Shown in pieces: positions 9,127 to 18,500 of a stretch of DNA of 32,000 nt; the stretch's first letter is position 1, and each line of letters opens with the position of its first letter. A program made the translations under genes and the position numbers. This stretch comes from Acutalibacteraceae bacterium (GTDB taxonomy: Bacteria > Bacillota > Clostridia > Oscillospirales > Acutalibacteraceae). The notes beneath the pieces were generated by a model. It did no database searches. It was given only the letters and a program-made list of their open reading frames with translations, and had not been told where the DNA came from. The stretch lies in assembly GCA_045589395.1 (NCBI GenBank), contig JAZNOZ010000043.1, forward strand, positions 1 to 32,000, given 5' to 3'.

Positions 9127-9136
9127 TTGTTAACAA
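9127..9136. promoter_or_regulatory. Perfect palindrome TTGTTAACAA, candidate operator (copy 1 of 3)
   Basis: The context is cacTTTGTTAACAAAta, in the upstream region of the AMP-ligase gene. The same 10-mer recurs at 9193-9202 and 28697-28706. Confidence 0.35.
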
Positions 9137-9192
9137 ATATTTAATAGTTATTTTGCGTTTTTTGTGTTTGTTGTGTGTTTTTTGTTTGCAAA

Positions 9193-9202
9193 TTGTTAAC
9201 AA
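9193..9202. promoter_or_regulatory. Perfect palindrome TTGTTAACAA, candidate operator (copy 2 of 3)
   Basis: The context is caaATTGTTAACAAGtg, 66 bp from copy 1. Confidence 0.35.
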
Positions 9203-9390
9203 GTGTGTTTTCAGCAGCTGTATGCGTCTGCTTTTTATAAACAAAGAGATGTTTAGTATGTTTCATTTTCAGCGCAAAAGGATATGTGAAATACAAATTG
9301 TTATTCGAACTTCTTCATTATTACTTCTTGCTTATTACTTTCCAAAAAATTCTGAATGCGTTTTTAGTGAAGAATGAAGAAGTAATAAGT

Positions 9391-9430
9391 AATAAATAAA
9401 AATCCTGAATACTTTCGCATTCAGGATTTT
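9391..9430 (-). terminator. Intrinsic terminator of the tRNA operon (structure is bidirectional)
   Basis: The stem aaaaatcctgaat/attcaggattttt (9398-9410 / 9419-9431) starts directly after the tRNA-Thr CCA. On the - strand it is followed by tttttatttatt. Confidence 0.75.
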
Positions 9431-9506
<76 letters not shown>

Positions 9507-9514
9507 AAATATGA

Positions 9515-9635
9515 AGTAAAAAGTAATAGTGAATAGTGAAAAAGTAACCTGTCGGAAGGCTTCGCCTTTTATAGACAAGCCGTTTAACGGCTTCATACAG
9601 TGTAGTTATTACCTTTTCACTATTACCTTTTACCT
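9515..9635. repeat. Long imperfect AT-rich inverted repeat filling the tRNA-Asp/tRNA-Thr spacer
   Basis: The left arm agtaaaaagtaatagtgaatagtgaaaaagtaacc (9515-9549) faces the right arm gttattaccttttcactattaccttttacct (9605-9635). Two small internal hairpins lie between them (aaggcttcgcctt and aagccgtttaacggctt). Confidence 0.7.
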
Positions 9636-9640
9636 TAAAT

Positions 9641-9717
9641 TGGCGACCCGGAACGGGCTCGAACCGTCGACCTCTAGCGTGACAGGCTAGCGTTCTAACC
9701 AACTGAACTACCGGGCC
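9641..9717 (-). tRNA. tRNA-Asp (anticodon GTC), CCA encoded
   Basis: The reverse complement is ggcccggtagttcagttggttagaacgctagcctgtcacgctagaggtcgacggttcgagcccgttccgggtcgcca, with anticodon loop ctGTCac. Confidence 0.9.
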
Positions 9718-9735
9718 AAATCTGCAACGAAAGTT

Positions 9736-9764
9736 ATTATACACATTCGACAGATTTTTGTCAA
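9736..9764 (-). promoter_or_regulatory. Consensus sigma-A promoter of the tRNA-Asp/tRNA-Thr operon
   Basis: On the - strand: TTGACA (9764-9759), a 17-nt spacer, then TATAAT (9741-9736). This sits about 19 nt upstream of the tRNA-Asp 5' end. Confidence 0.8.
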
Positions 9765-9778
9765 GACAAAAACGAAAT

Positions 9779-10612
9779 TTAATCAATAAACTTTGATTTT
9801 ATTTCCTCCGCAAGGCTTTCTATTTCGTGAATTTTCTTTTCAGCCGTGCTTTTAAGGTTTGCGTAAGAGGAGTAAAGTCGTTTTGTTGTGTTTGAATAGA
9901 CCTGCGAGCTTTTTTCGTTCAGGGCGTCTATGCTGTCCTTTATATCCCTGAACTGATTTATAAGCTCTGTTTTTTTATCGATATATGTGTTTTCTGTTGC
10001 ATCCTTAATGCTTTCGGCTGCGAGCCGCAATATGTCGTAGTACTCATTTATTCCTGCTTTGAGTGAATCAATTTTCTTCATTAGCTTGTGAATATCCATT
10101 GTTGCTTTTACCGTGAGAATAAGGTCAACAAGGAATATCACAAAAATTACACACACTGCAATATTTCTTATATTCTGCGGTATGAAGCCGATAACAAAAT
10201 CGTATATCGGACTTATCAGATACACGAAAAGGAAGCTGAACAAGCCCCAGTAGCAGGAGTGCTTGAAGCAGATTCTGCCGTGAAGATTAAGGAAGTTTTC
10301 CGAATAGTCCCACCAACGGGCATTGAAGAGCTTTTCCATAATGTAGCTTGTGAGGTATTCAACTATATCGGCAAGTATTGTTCCCACAATTATAACAAGC
10401 CACCAGCGTTTTTCTACAGGCTCGCTGAGAGGTGTTACGCATATTTCAAAAACAAGTGCACCCGCACCGTATATAGGACATAGCGGACCGTACAAAAATC
10501 CTCGGTTTATTATTTTTTTGTTTCCGAGAGAACAGTATATTGACTCGATAGTCCAGCCGATTGCGCTGAAAAGAAAAAACATCAGCACATAGTTTAAGAA
10601 TGTTATCAGCAT
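9779..10612 (-). CDS. PF06541-like multi-pass membrane protein (often annotated 'putative ABC transporter permease') with a C-terminal coiled-coil tail
   Basis: The N-terminus FLFSAIGWTIESIYCSL...RGFLYGPLCPIYGAGA is the family signature as I remember it. About the last 90 aa are charged and heptad-like. The start overlaps the HD gene stop by 7 nt. Confidence 0.6.
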   Translation of the reverse strand: MLITFLNYVLMFFLFSAIGWTIESIYCSLGNKKIINRGFLYGPLCPIYGAGALVFEICVTPLSEPVEKRWWLVIIVGTILADIVEYLTSYIMEKLFNARWWDYSENFLNLHGRICFKHSCYWGLFSFLFVYLISPIYDFVIGFIPQNIRNIAVCVIFVIFLVDLILTVKATMDIHKLMKKIDSLKAGINEYYDILRLAAESIKDATENTYIDKKTELINQFRDIKDSIDALNEKSSQVYSNTTKRLYSSYANLKSTAEKKIHEIESLAEEIKSKFID

Positions 10613-11154
10613 TTTTCTTTCTCCTTAAATGCTTTTATGCTTTTATCGAACTGCTTTCCGAAATATTCGTGATCAGCTCTTAAAAGCTCTCTTGTTGCAC
10701 AGTATTTATCTGCAAGAGAAACAATAAATCCTGCCTTTGTTTCAGGCGGAATTACCGTCAGAGGCCACATATGGCGCAGAATGATGTTTTCTTCAAATTT
10801 GCTGATTTCGGGGTAGAGCTTTCTTGCATTGTTCAAAGCAAAGCGCGGATGCTTATAGCCGTGCGGACGGTGCCACCACGCTTTGTCGTGCCAGTCATAG
10901 TAATAAAGGTCGTGCAGGATTGCGGCACGGGCAATTCTTCTGAAATCCATATTATGCTCTTTAGCATAAACATAGCTCATATACGAAACGCTTGTTATGT
11001 GGTCAAGTCTGTCGATTGAGCTGTGCTGTGGGAATTTTTTTAGTCCCTGCACCTCATCGGTAAAATAAAGGTCGCCTATACATTCAAAAAATTCAGCTGC
11101 ATTTTCTTTTGTCAGACAGTATGATTTTATGTATATATCAAACAGTTTAGCCAT
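10606..11154 (-). CDS. HD-domain phosphohydrolase (182 aa)
   Basis: H...HD motif (RLDHITSVS ... AAILHDLYYYDW). ATG at 11154 (MAKLFD) follows GGAAGTGAG. The track start at 11166 is a GTG four codons upstream. Confidence 0.7.
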   Translation of the reverse strand: MAKLFDIYIKSYCLTKENAAEFFECIGDLYFTDEVQGLKKFPQHSSIDRLDHITSVSYMSYVYAKEHNMDFRRIARAAILHDLYYYDWHDKAWWHRPHGYKHPRFALNNARKLYPEISKFEENIILRHMWPLTVIPPETKAGFIVSLADKYCATRELLRADHEYFGKQFDKSIKAFKEKEKC

Positions 11155-11244
11155 TTGTATTCTCACTTCCGCAAAATAATTCAGTTTATACTAACACAAA
11201 AACTGCTGTTTTGCAATAGCCTTAAGAAATACTTAAATCTTTGT

Positions 11245-11273
11245 TTGACTTTTTTATAAAAGTGGTGTATACT
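11245..11273 (+). promoter_or_regulatory. Sigma-A promoter for rnpB
   Basis: TTGACT (11245-11250), a 17-nt spacer, then TATACT (11268-11273). It places the transcription start at about the P1 5' strand. Confidence 0.6.
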
Positions 11274-11278
11274 CATTG

Positions 11279-11712
11279 AGCAAGCGGAACGGGCAGTCGC
11301 GCAAGTCAAGGTTTTCTTGATAAAGTGAGGAAAGTCCGGGCTCCGCAGAGCAGGATAACGGCTAACGGCCGCCGAGGGTGACCTTAAGGGAAAGTGCAAC
11401 AGAGATATACCGCCTGTTTTTTACTTTATAGGAAATTCCTTCCTATAAAGTAAAAAAATTGTATGTCCCTCCGAACGGGAAGCAAACTTCCCTCGGAGAT
11501 GGACTATATGACAGGTAAGGGTGGAAAGGCGAGGTAAGAGCTCACCGGCATAACGGAGACGTCTATGCCCTGTAAACCCTATCCGGAGCAACACCGACAG
11601 AAGTGGTCTGCTCGGCCATAACTTCGACGGGTGGCGTGAGCGTAAAAGCAATTTTACGCCAAGACAGATGATTGCCTTAAATGACAGAACCCGGCTTACA
11701 GGTCCGCTTGCA
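11279..11712 (+). ncRNA. rnpB: RNase P RNA (bacterial, type A-like)
   Basis: Universal P4 strands are present: GAGGAAAGTCCGGGCTCC (about 11328) and ACAGAACCCGGCTTA (about 11683). P1 pairs gcaagcgga with tccgcttgc. The GGGAAAGTGCAACAGA block is also there. The ends are accurate to about 5 nt. Confidence 0.9.
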
Positions 11713-11733
11713 TACGCCGAACAGTCGGCGTAT
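11712..11733 (+). terminator. Possible terminator hairpin after rnpB
   Basis: The stem atacgccga/tcggcgtat has a 4-nt loop, but the downstream T-run is weak (taacacatttctattc). Confidence 0.35.
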
Positions 11734-11779
11734 TAACACATTTCTATTCACTCCATATAATGATATGGGGTGTTTTTTT

Positions 11780-12145
11780 ATGCTTGAAAGTATTATGTTG
11801 TCTTTTCTTGCAATTTTTGCGACTATAGGCTTTGTTTGTTCGGTTTATCTTTTGCTTCTGGGGCTTATAAAGCCTGATAAGAATAAGGTGTATTATGTTA
11901 TAAGCGTTTTTGATGAAAAAACCGAAAATGCGGCATCCGACATAAGCTTTGTATATTCAAAAATTTTCAGCGTGGGAGATATAAAGCATTGCAGAATAAT
12001 TGCCGTTGATGACGGTATAAGTATATCTCAGAGAGAGATGCTTGATGCTGCATTTTCAGACGAAAGCCGTGTCAGAGTATGCAAAAAAGATGAGCTTATG
12101 AGCTTACTTTTTCCTGAGGAAGAAAATCATACGGATTTTGCGTAA
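11780..12145 (+). CDS. Small N-terminally membrane-anchored protein of unknown function (121 aa)
   Basis: The track ORF 11681..12145 begins inside rnpB. The first plausible start is MLESIMLSFLAIF (ATG 11780; the alternative is 11765). It has one TM helix followed by a soluble domain of about 85 aa, with no recognised motif. Confidence 0.45.
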   Translation: MLESIMLSFLAIFATIGFVCSVYLLLLGLIKPDKNKVYYVISVFDEKTENAASDISFVYSKIFSVGDIKHCRIIAVDDGISISQREMLDAAFSDESRVRVCKKDELMSLLFPEEENHTDFA

Positions 12146-12211
12146 AATTCTTTTAATCTTGAAATATTTGTGTTAAAATAAACTTATTATGCAGAAAAAG
12201 GCGGAAAATAT

Positions 12212-15200
12212 ATGCTTGAATTTCTTACAGGACTGCAGATGTCCTCCAAAAGAAAATATATATCCGATAAAATCTCTCAGCTTGTTGATGAGGGTAAAAG
12301 GGTGTATCTCATTGTGCCCGAGCAGTCAAGCTTTGACAGAGAAAGGGAATTTTTGTTCAGATTCGGTGAGAAGAAAAGCAATAAGTTTGAAATAAAGGGC
12401 TTTTCGCATATTGCAAGAGATGTTCTTGAGGAATATGCTCTTAATGTGAAAAGCGAAGCAGATGAAGCCGCTAAAAATGTTATTATGAGTATCGCTTTAG
12501 AGGAAATGAGCGATTCTCTTCAGATTTATAAAAAACATTCAGCCAAAATTTCTCTGATAGGTGATTTACTCTCGGCGTATTCACAGATAAAGCAGGGCGG
12601 ATTCAGTATAGAAGAGCTCGAAAATGCAGGAAAGAATTCCTCCTTCGGAGTGTTAAAGCAGAAAACAAAGGAGCTTTCTCTGATTTTTTCTGCTTATGAA
12701 GCCTTGCTCGGAAGCCGTTTTTCGGATTCTGCCGATAATATCCGGGTGCTTACCGAATTTCTTAAAACTCACCGTATTTTTGAAAATACAGTGCTTTTTA
12801 TTGATGATTTCAGAGGCTTTACCGGTGCACAGATAAAGCTTATAAAGGAACTTCTTTCTCAGTGTGAGAATATGTATGTTTCCGTAACTGCTCCCGCACT
12901 TTTTATGAATTGTGAGGGTGAGGCTTTTTCGCATTCTCTTAAAAATGCAAAAAATATACGCTCGATAGCTAATCTTCTCTCGGTAAGAGTGTTCGAGAAA
13001 AACACGGATATTTCCCTGCCTGACACTCCGCTTTGGGTATGGACAAAATCTCTTTATGCCGAAAATCCGTCTGTATACGGTGAGCAAACGGATGCTGTTA
13101 CCGTATATAAAGCCGAAAATCAGTATGATGAATGTGATTTTGTTGCAAGAGAAATAAAAAAGCTTATTGAAAGCGGTAAATACCGTTGCAGAGAAATTGC
13201 CGTTGTTGAAAGAGGCTTTTCGTATTCTCATTTGCTTATAAATGCTCTTAAGCGCTACGGTGTTCCTGTTTTTGAGGACTCAAGAAAGCCGATGATTGAC
13301 TCAGCTCTTGTGCGTCTTATACTCTCAGCCGTAAAAACCGCCTCCTACGGCTTCTCAACCGAAAATATTTTGGAATGTATAAAAACTCAGCTGTCAGGCT
13401 TTGAAATTGAAGAGTGCTGTGAGCTTGAGAACTATGTTTATATGTGGCAGATTGATTCTGCAAAATGGCTCAGTGATTTTACAGACAACCCGTTGGGCTT
13501 CGGTGAAGAGGTATCTGAGGAAAGCACACAAAAGCTTGAAAGCATAAATGAAATCAGAAGAAGAGCTGTTGCCCCGCTTGTAAATCTTAAAAAAGAGCTT
13601 GAAAAGGGTGATGGGGAAAATTCTCTTAAGGCTGTTTTTAATTATCTGCAAATCACAAATGCAGGAGAGCATTTCCGTGATTATGCAATATTCCTAAATG
13701 AAAACGCCTTCGCAGAGGAAGCCGTAAACTGCAAAAGAGTGTGGGAGAGAACAATGCTTTCCCTTGACTCGCTGTGTGCCGCAATAGGAGATAGAAACTT
13801 AAGTCCGAAAAGATTTTACGAGCTTCTTGAGATTATTCTCTCAAGTGATGATATGGGCGAAATTCCTGCGGGTATTGACAGTATAGTTATAGGCTCTGCG
13901 GACAGAACACGCTTTTTTGAGCCTAAGGTGCTTTTTGTTTTAGGGGCGAACGAGGGTGTTTTTCCGCCTCTTGCTGCAAGCAGCTCGGTCTTTACAAATG
14001 CTGAAAAGCGCGAGCTTATAAAGAATGATTTTGTGCTTGAAAATTTACCTGAAAATATCTATTCCGAGGAGAGAATGATAGTCTTTAATCAGCTTACCTC
14101 TCCGAGTGAAATGCTTTATATATGTTACTCTGCATTGTCGCTTTCAGGTGAAAGCACGCAGAAATCGGAGATAGTAAATTATGCGCTTAAAATTGTGCCC
14201 GGGTGCAGAAAGCTCGATTTTACATCTCTTTCCCGTGAAGAAAAGGTTCTGTCAATGGCGGATGCGTTCAGGGATTTTGCAGTAAACCGTAATGATAATA
14301 CTGAATTTACCGCTTCGCTTAAAAAGGTGCTTGAGGACAGAAGCGAATACGCGGGCAGACTTTCTTACCTTGAAAATGCTGTTGCCAAGACACACATACA
14401 CTTTGAAAGTGCCGAAAAGGCAACCGAGCTTTTCGGTGAATCTCTGAGAATGTCGCCGTCAAGGATAGAAAGCTACCATAAATGTCCGTTTATGTATTTT
14501 TGCCGTTACGGAATGGGTGTTTCTGCTCTTGAAAAGGCTGAGCTTAATGTTCGTATACACGGTCTTTTGGTGCATTTCGTTCTCGAAAATCTCCTCGGTG
14601 AGCTGTCATATGAGATACTTAAAGATTATACGGATGATGAGCTGAATGAAAAGGTTAAAGCTCTTGTAAATGCATATGTTGATAAATTTATGGGCGGCAG
14701 AGGCAGTCTTTCACAGAGTCTGAACCGTCAGCTTGACAGGTCCTCGGATGTGATTCTTGAAATACTCAAGCGACTTATATCGGAATTCGGCAGCAGTCTT
14801 TTTGTTACAAGAGATGTTGAGCTTGATATTTCAGAAAAGGGAGATATAAAGCCGTATAAGCTTAAGCTTCCTTCGGGCGGTACTCTCACCGTCGGCGGTC
14901 AGGTTGACAGAGTAGATGTTATGGAGCTTGATAAAAAGGCATATGTCCGTATTGTTGACTATAAAACGGGCGGAAAAAAATTTCAGCTCGGACAAGTATA
15001 TGAGGGCCTTAATATGCAGATGCTTATTTATCTGCTGTGTATATGGGACAACGGTAAAGAGCGTTACGGCGATGTTGTGCCGGCAGGCGTGCTTTATGTG
15101 CCTGCAAAAAACAGCGGGGACAAGCTTTCAAGAAGAGCAGAGGATTCTGAGGTTGTAAGGCAGAAGCTGCTGAACGGCAGAATGAACGGTCTTATTCTTG

Positions 15201-15547
15201 AAAATGAGGATGTTCTCAAGGGAATGGATGCTCTTGCACAGGGCACATATGTTGATGCATATATAGATAAAAAGGGAAATCTGAAGGGTAATTTCTTATC
15301 TCTCAATAACTTCAGAAGGCTTCACGAAAGAATAGATGAAATACTGCTTTCAACAGCCAAGGATATGCATAATGGCAGAATTGAGGCATTACCTGTGTCC
15401 TGCTCGGGATATGAAAGAGTTTGTGAATACTGTGAATATTCCGATGTATGTATGAGAGAGGATACTGATGAGGTGCGAAAGCTTCCCAATATGTCACACA
15501 GGGAAGCAGTTGAATTTTTACTCAAGGAGGAAGCAGAGAATGGCTGA
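12212..15547 (+). CDS. addB: Helicase-nuclease AddAB, subunit B (1111 aa)
   Basis: C-terminal RecB-type nuclease motif GQVDRVD...VRIVDYKTG. Fe-S cluster cysteines are present (YHKCPFMYF plus CSGYERVCEYCEYSDVC). It is translationally coupled to addA through an ATGGCTGA overlap. Confidence 0.9.
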   Translation: MLEFLTGLQMSSKRKYISDKISQLVDEGKRVYLIVPEQSSFDREREFLFRFGEKKSNKFEIKGFSHIARDVLEEYALNVKSEADEAAKNVIMSIALEEMSDSLQIYKKHSAKISLIGDLLSAYSQIKQGGFSIEELENAGKNSSFGVLKQKTKELSLIFSAYEALLGSRFSDSADNIRVLTEFLKTHRIFENTVLFIDDFRGFTGAQIKLIKELLSQCENMYVSVTAPALFMNCEGEAFSHSLKNAKNIRSIANLLSVRVFEKNTDISLPDTPLWVWTKSLYAENPSVYGEQTDAVTVYKAENQYDECDFVAREIKKLIESGKYRCREIAVVERGFSYSHLLINALKRYGVPVFEDSRKPMIDSALVRLILSAVKTASYGFSTENILECIKTQLSGFEIEECCELENYVYMWQIDSAKWLSDFTDNPLGFGEEVSEESTQKLESINEIRRRAVAPLVNLKKELEKGDGENSLKAVFNYLQITNAGEHFRDYAIFLNENAFAEEAVNCKRVWERTMLSLDSLCAAIGDRNLSPKRFYELLEIILSSDDMGEIPAGIDSIVIGSADRTRFFEPKVLFVLGANEGVFPPLAASSSVFTNAEKRELIKNDFVLENLPENIYSEERMIVFNQLTSPSEMLYICYSALSLSGESTQKSEIVNYALKIVPGCRKLDFTSLSREEKVLSMADAFRDFAVNRNDNTEFTASLKKVLEDRSEYAGRLSYLENAVAKTHIHFESAEKATELFGESLRMSPSRIESYHKCPFMYFCRYGMGVSALEKAELNVRIHGLLVHFVLENLLGELSYEILKDYTDDELNEKVKALVNAYVDKFMGGRGSLSQSLNRQLDRSSDVILEILKRLISEFGSSLFVTRDVELDISEKGDIKPYKLKLPSGGTLTVGGQVDRVDVMELDKKAYVRIVDYKTGGKKFQLGQVYEGLNMQMLIYLLCIWDNGKERYGDVVPAGVLYVPAKNSGDKLSRRAEDSEVVRQKLLNGRMNGLILENEDVLKGMDALAQGTYVDAYIDKKGNLKGNFLSLNNFRRLHERIDEILLSTAKDMHNGRIEALPVSCSGYERVCEYCEYSDVCMREDTDEVRKLPNMSHREAVEFLLKEEAENG

Positions 15548-18500
15548 AAGACAATGGACTAAAGAACAGCTTGATGCTATAAATGCCGAAAGCGGAACCG
15601 TTCTTGTTTCCGCTGCTGCAGGCTCGGGTAAAACCAGCGTGCTTGTTGAAAGAATAGTCAGAAAGCTGACAGATGCCGAAAATCCCGTTTCTCCCGACTC
15701 TCTGCTTGTTGTTACCTTCACAAAAGCAGCCGCAGGAGAAATGCGTTCAAGGATTTTTAACCGTATAAGCGAAAAAAGGGATGAACAGCCGCAAAGGCAT
15801 CACGAATATATAAAGCTCTTAACCCGCCTTGATGAAATGACCATCAGCACTATGGACTCATTCTGTATGGGACTTGTGAAAGAAAATTTCTCACTTTGCG
15901 GTATAGCTCCCGACTTTACAATACTTGAAGGCGGTGAGGCGAGGCTTCTCAAAAGACAGGTTCTTGCCGACACAATACAGCAGATGTATCTCAACGATTC
16001 GGAAAATTTTCTTCCGCTTACAAGGCTTTTTGAAAAGGGCTTAAGTGATGATAATCTGCTGTCCTCCGTTGAAAGGCTGTCTGATTTTTCAATGTCACAG
16101 CCCGCGCCACTTACATGGCTTGACTCGGTTGCAGATAACTTTCTGCCCGTTTCTGCCTCTGACAGCGTTTGGGGAAAAATACTTGTTTCCGATGCTGCCG
16201 AAATGCTTAAGTACTGTATACAGCTGTGCGATGATGCAATAAGTGTGCTTTCAAATGAGGAAGAGCTGGAAATGAAAATCGGTCCCCATTTTTTATCGGA
16301 GCTTGAGCTTCTTGCTGATTTTTCCGGAAAATTCAGCTTCCTTTTATGGGATGAGAGAATTGAAGCCCTCAAAAAACTGATTTCTATAATAAAAAGTGCA
16401 AAATTCAGAGCACCTGCCGGCTACGGTGATAACCCTTGCAAAACAAAAGCCTATGCAAAAAGAGATGAATACAAAAAGCTTCTGGATAAAATGCTCGGTT
16501 TTTTAGATATAGGCGAGGAGGAAAACAAAGAGGATGTTGAAGTGCTGCGTCCTCTTGCAAAGGAAATAATAAAGACTGCAAAGCTTTTCAATGCAAGTCT
16601 TCTTGAAAGAAAAAAAGAAGAGTCTTCATTTGAGTTTTCGGATATAACTCATTTTGCACTCGGTCTTCTTTATGATGAAAATGCCGAGGATAATAAAACA
16701 GAGCTTGCCCGTTCCTTATCTCTCAATTTCAGTGAAATTCTCATAGACGAATATCAGGATACAAGCCGTGCGCAGGACACACTTTTTACCTGTCTTTCAA
16801 AAAACGGCGAGAATATGTTTATGGTGGGAGATGTCAAGCAGAGTATCTACCGCTTCAGGCTTGCAAGTCCGGAAATATTTATAGAAAAAAGCGAAAGCTT
16901 CCCTTATTATGACGGCAAGGCTAAGAAATCAAAAATCATTCTTTCCAAAAATTTCAGAAGCCGACGCGGGATTGTTGAGGGAGTAAATTTCCTTTTTGAT
17001 TCACTTCTTACAAAGGAATGCGGTGAAATTGAATATAACGAGGATGAGAAGCTGAATTTTGCGGCATCATTCCCCGAAAGTGACACTCCCGATGTCAATC
17101 TGCATATTATTCCGAGCGGAGAAAAGAAGTCCTTTGAGGCTGAGGCTGTGTATATCGCGCGCCTCATAAAGGAAAAACTGAAGAACGGAGAATTGGTTGC
17201 AGACAGGGGAGGGTACAGAAAATGCAACCCCGGAGATTTCTGTATTCTTTTAAGAAGCGCAAAGGGTATGGCCTCGTGTTTTGCCTCAGCCATTAAAGGT
17301 GCGGGGCTCAATGTGAGTGTTGACAGCGGAGAGGACTTTTTCAGCCGTACGGAAATAAAAATGATAATGTCTTTTCTGTATGTTATAGATAACCCTGCAA
17401 GAGATGTTCATATGCTTTCCCTCTTGCTTTCACCCTTGTTCGGCTTTTCCCCGGATGAAGCGGCGGATATTAAGCTTTATGCAAGAAAATGCGGTCTGCC
17501 GAGAGGCTCTTCACTCTTTGCCGCAATTTCGGCTTTTAAGGAAAATCCCAAGTGCAGAGATTTTCTTGACCGTCTTGCCTTTTACAGAAGACTGAGTGTC
17601 AGTCTTTCTGCAGGGGAGCTGGTTGAAAAAATATATGATGATTTTTCTTTAACTGCCGTTGTGCTGTCTATGGCTGACGGTGAGCAGAGAAAAAATAATC
17701 TTCTGCAGTTCGCCCTTCTTGCACACTCGTTCAGTGAAAGCACAAAAAAAGGGCTCGGTGCATTTGTACGCAGAATGGATGCATACAAGGAAAACGGTAT
17801 TGAAGTAAACAAAGCTGCCGCAGCTGCCTCAAAGGACAGCGTCAGCATTATGACAATGCACCGTTCAAAGGGACTTGAATTTCCCTTTGTGTTTGTTGCG
17901 GGACTTGATAAGAAATTCTTTACCTCTGACCTCAACTCAACGCTTTGTGTAAGCAACGCGCTGGGTATCGGTATAAAAAGACAGGAGAGCGAAAAAATAA
18001 AGGTGTATGACACGCTGTCATCATTGGCGGTGAGAAGCAAGCTCAAGGCAGAAAAAATATCAGAGGAATTAAGAATTCATTATGTTGCATTAACAAGAGC
18101 AAAGGAAAAGCTTCATATTGTTACAGCATTAGAAAAAAGTGAAAAAAAGCTTACCGATATAGGCGAGCTTATGAGAGAGGAAAGAAATATTCCTCCCGTT
18201 TATATCAGAAATGTTCTTTCTCCCTGTGTATGGTATCTGTCCTCATTTATGCGGCATAAGGATGCTGCAGCATTGCGTATTTCCTCCGATTATACCGTGA
18301 AATCAGATTTTTCGCTGAATGTGAATATTGTTGATAATATTTATGAGGAGGAAGCACGGGAGGAAATAAAGGAAGCCGCTTTTTATAACGAAGAAACGGT
18401 TGAAAGAATAAAGCGCAATACAGAGCTTGACTACAGATTTTTACCCGTAAGCAGAGGCTTTTCAAAATACAGCGCGTCTTCCCTTCACTCGCAAACATTT

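Noticed and set aside
9153-9377. 74-aa ORF (MRFLCLLCVFCLQ...) in the unassigned intergenic region
   Set aside because: It has no RBS, Cys/Phe/Leu-rich junk composition, and runs through a T/G low-complexity tract. I treat it as non-coding; see the finding on this region.
11181-11779. Track ORFs 11181..11399(-) and 11421..11651(-), and the first 33 codons of 11681..12145(+)
   Set aside because: They lie on or antisense to the RNase P RNA gene, whose conserved P4 and P1 sequences are unambiguous. Their translations are Arg/Ser/Leu-rich, as expected from structured GC-rich RNA.
15800-16372. 190-aa antisense ORF inside addA, and similar ORFs at 2729..3169, 12653..13231, 17582..18046 and 21995..22336
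   Set aside because: Each lies entirely antisense to a strongly supported conserved gene. Their composition is Ser/Leu-rich and low in complexity, and none has an RBS. This is typical of shadow ORFs.
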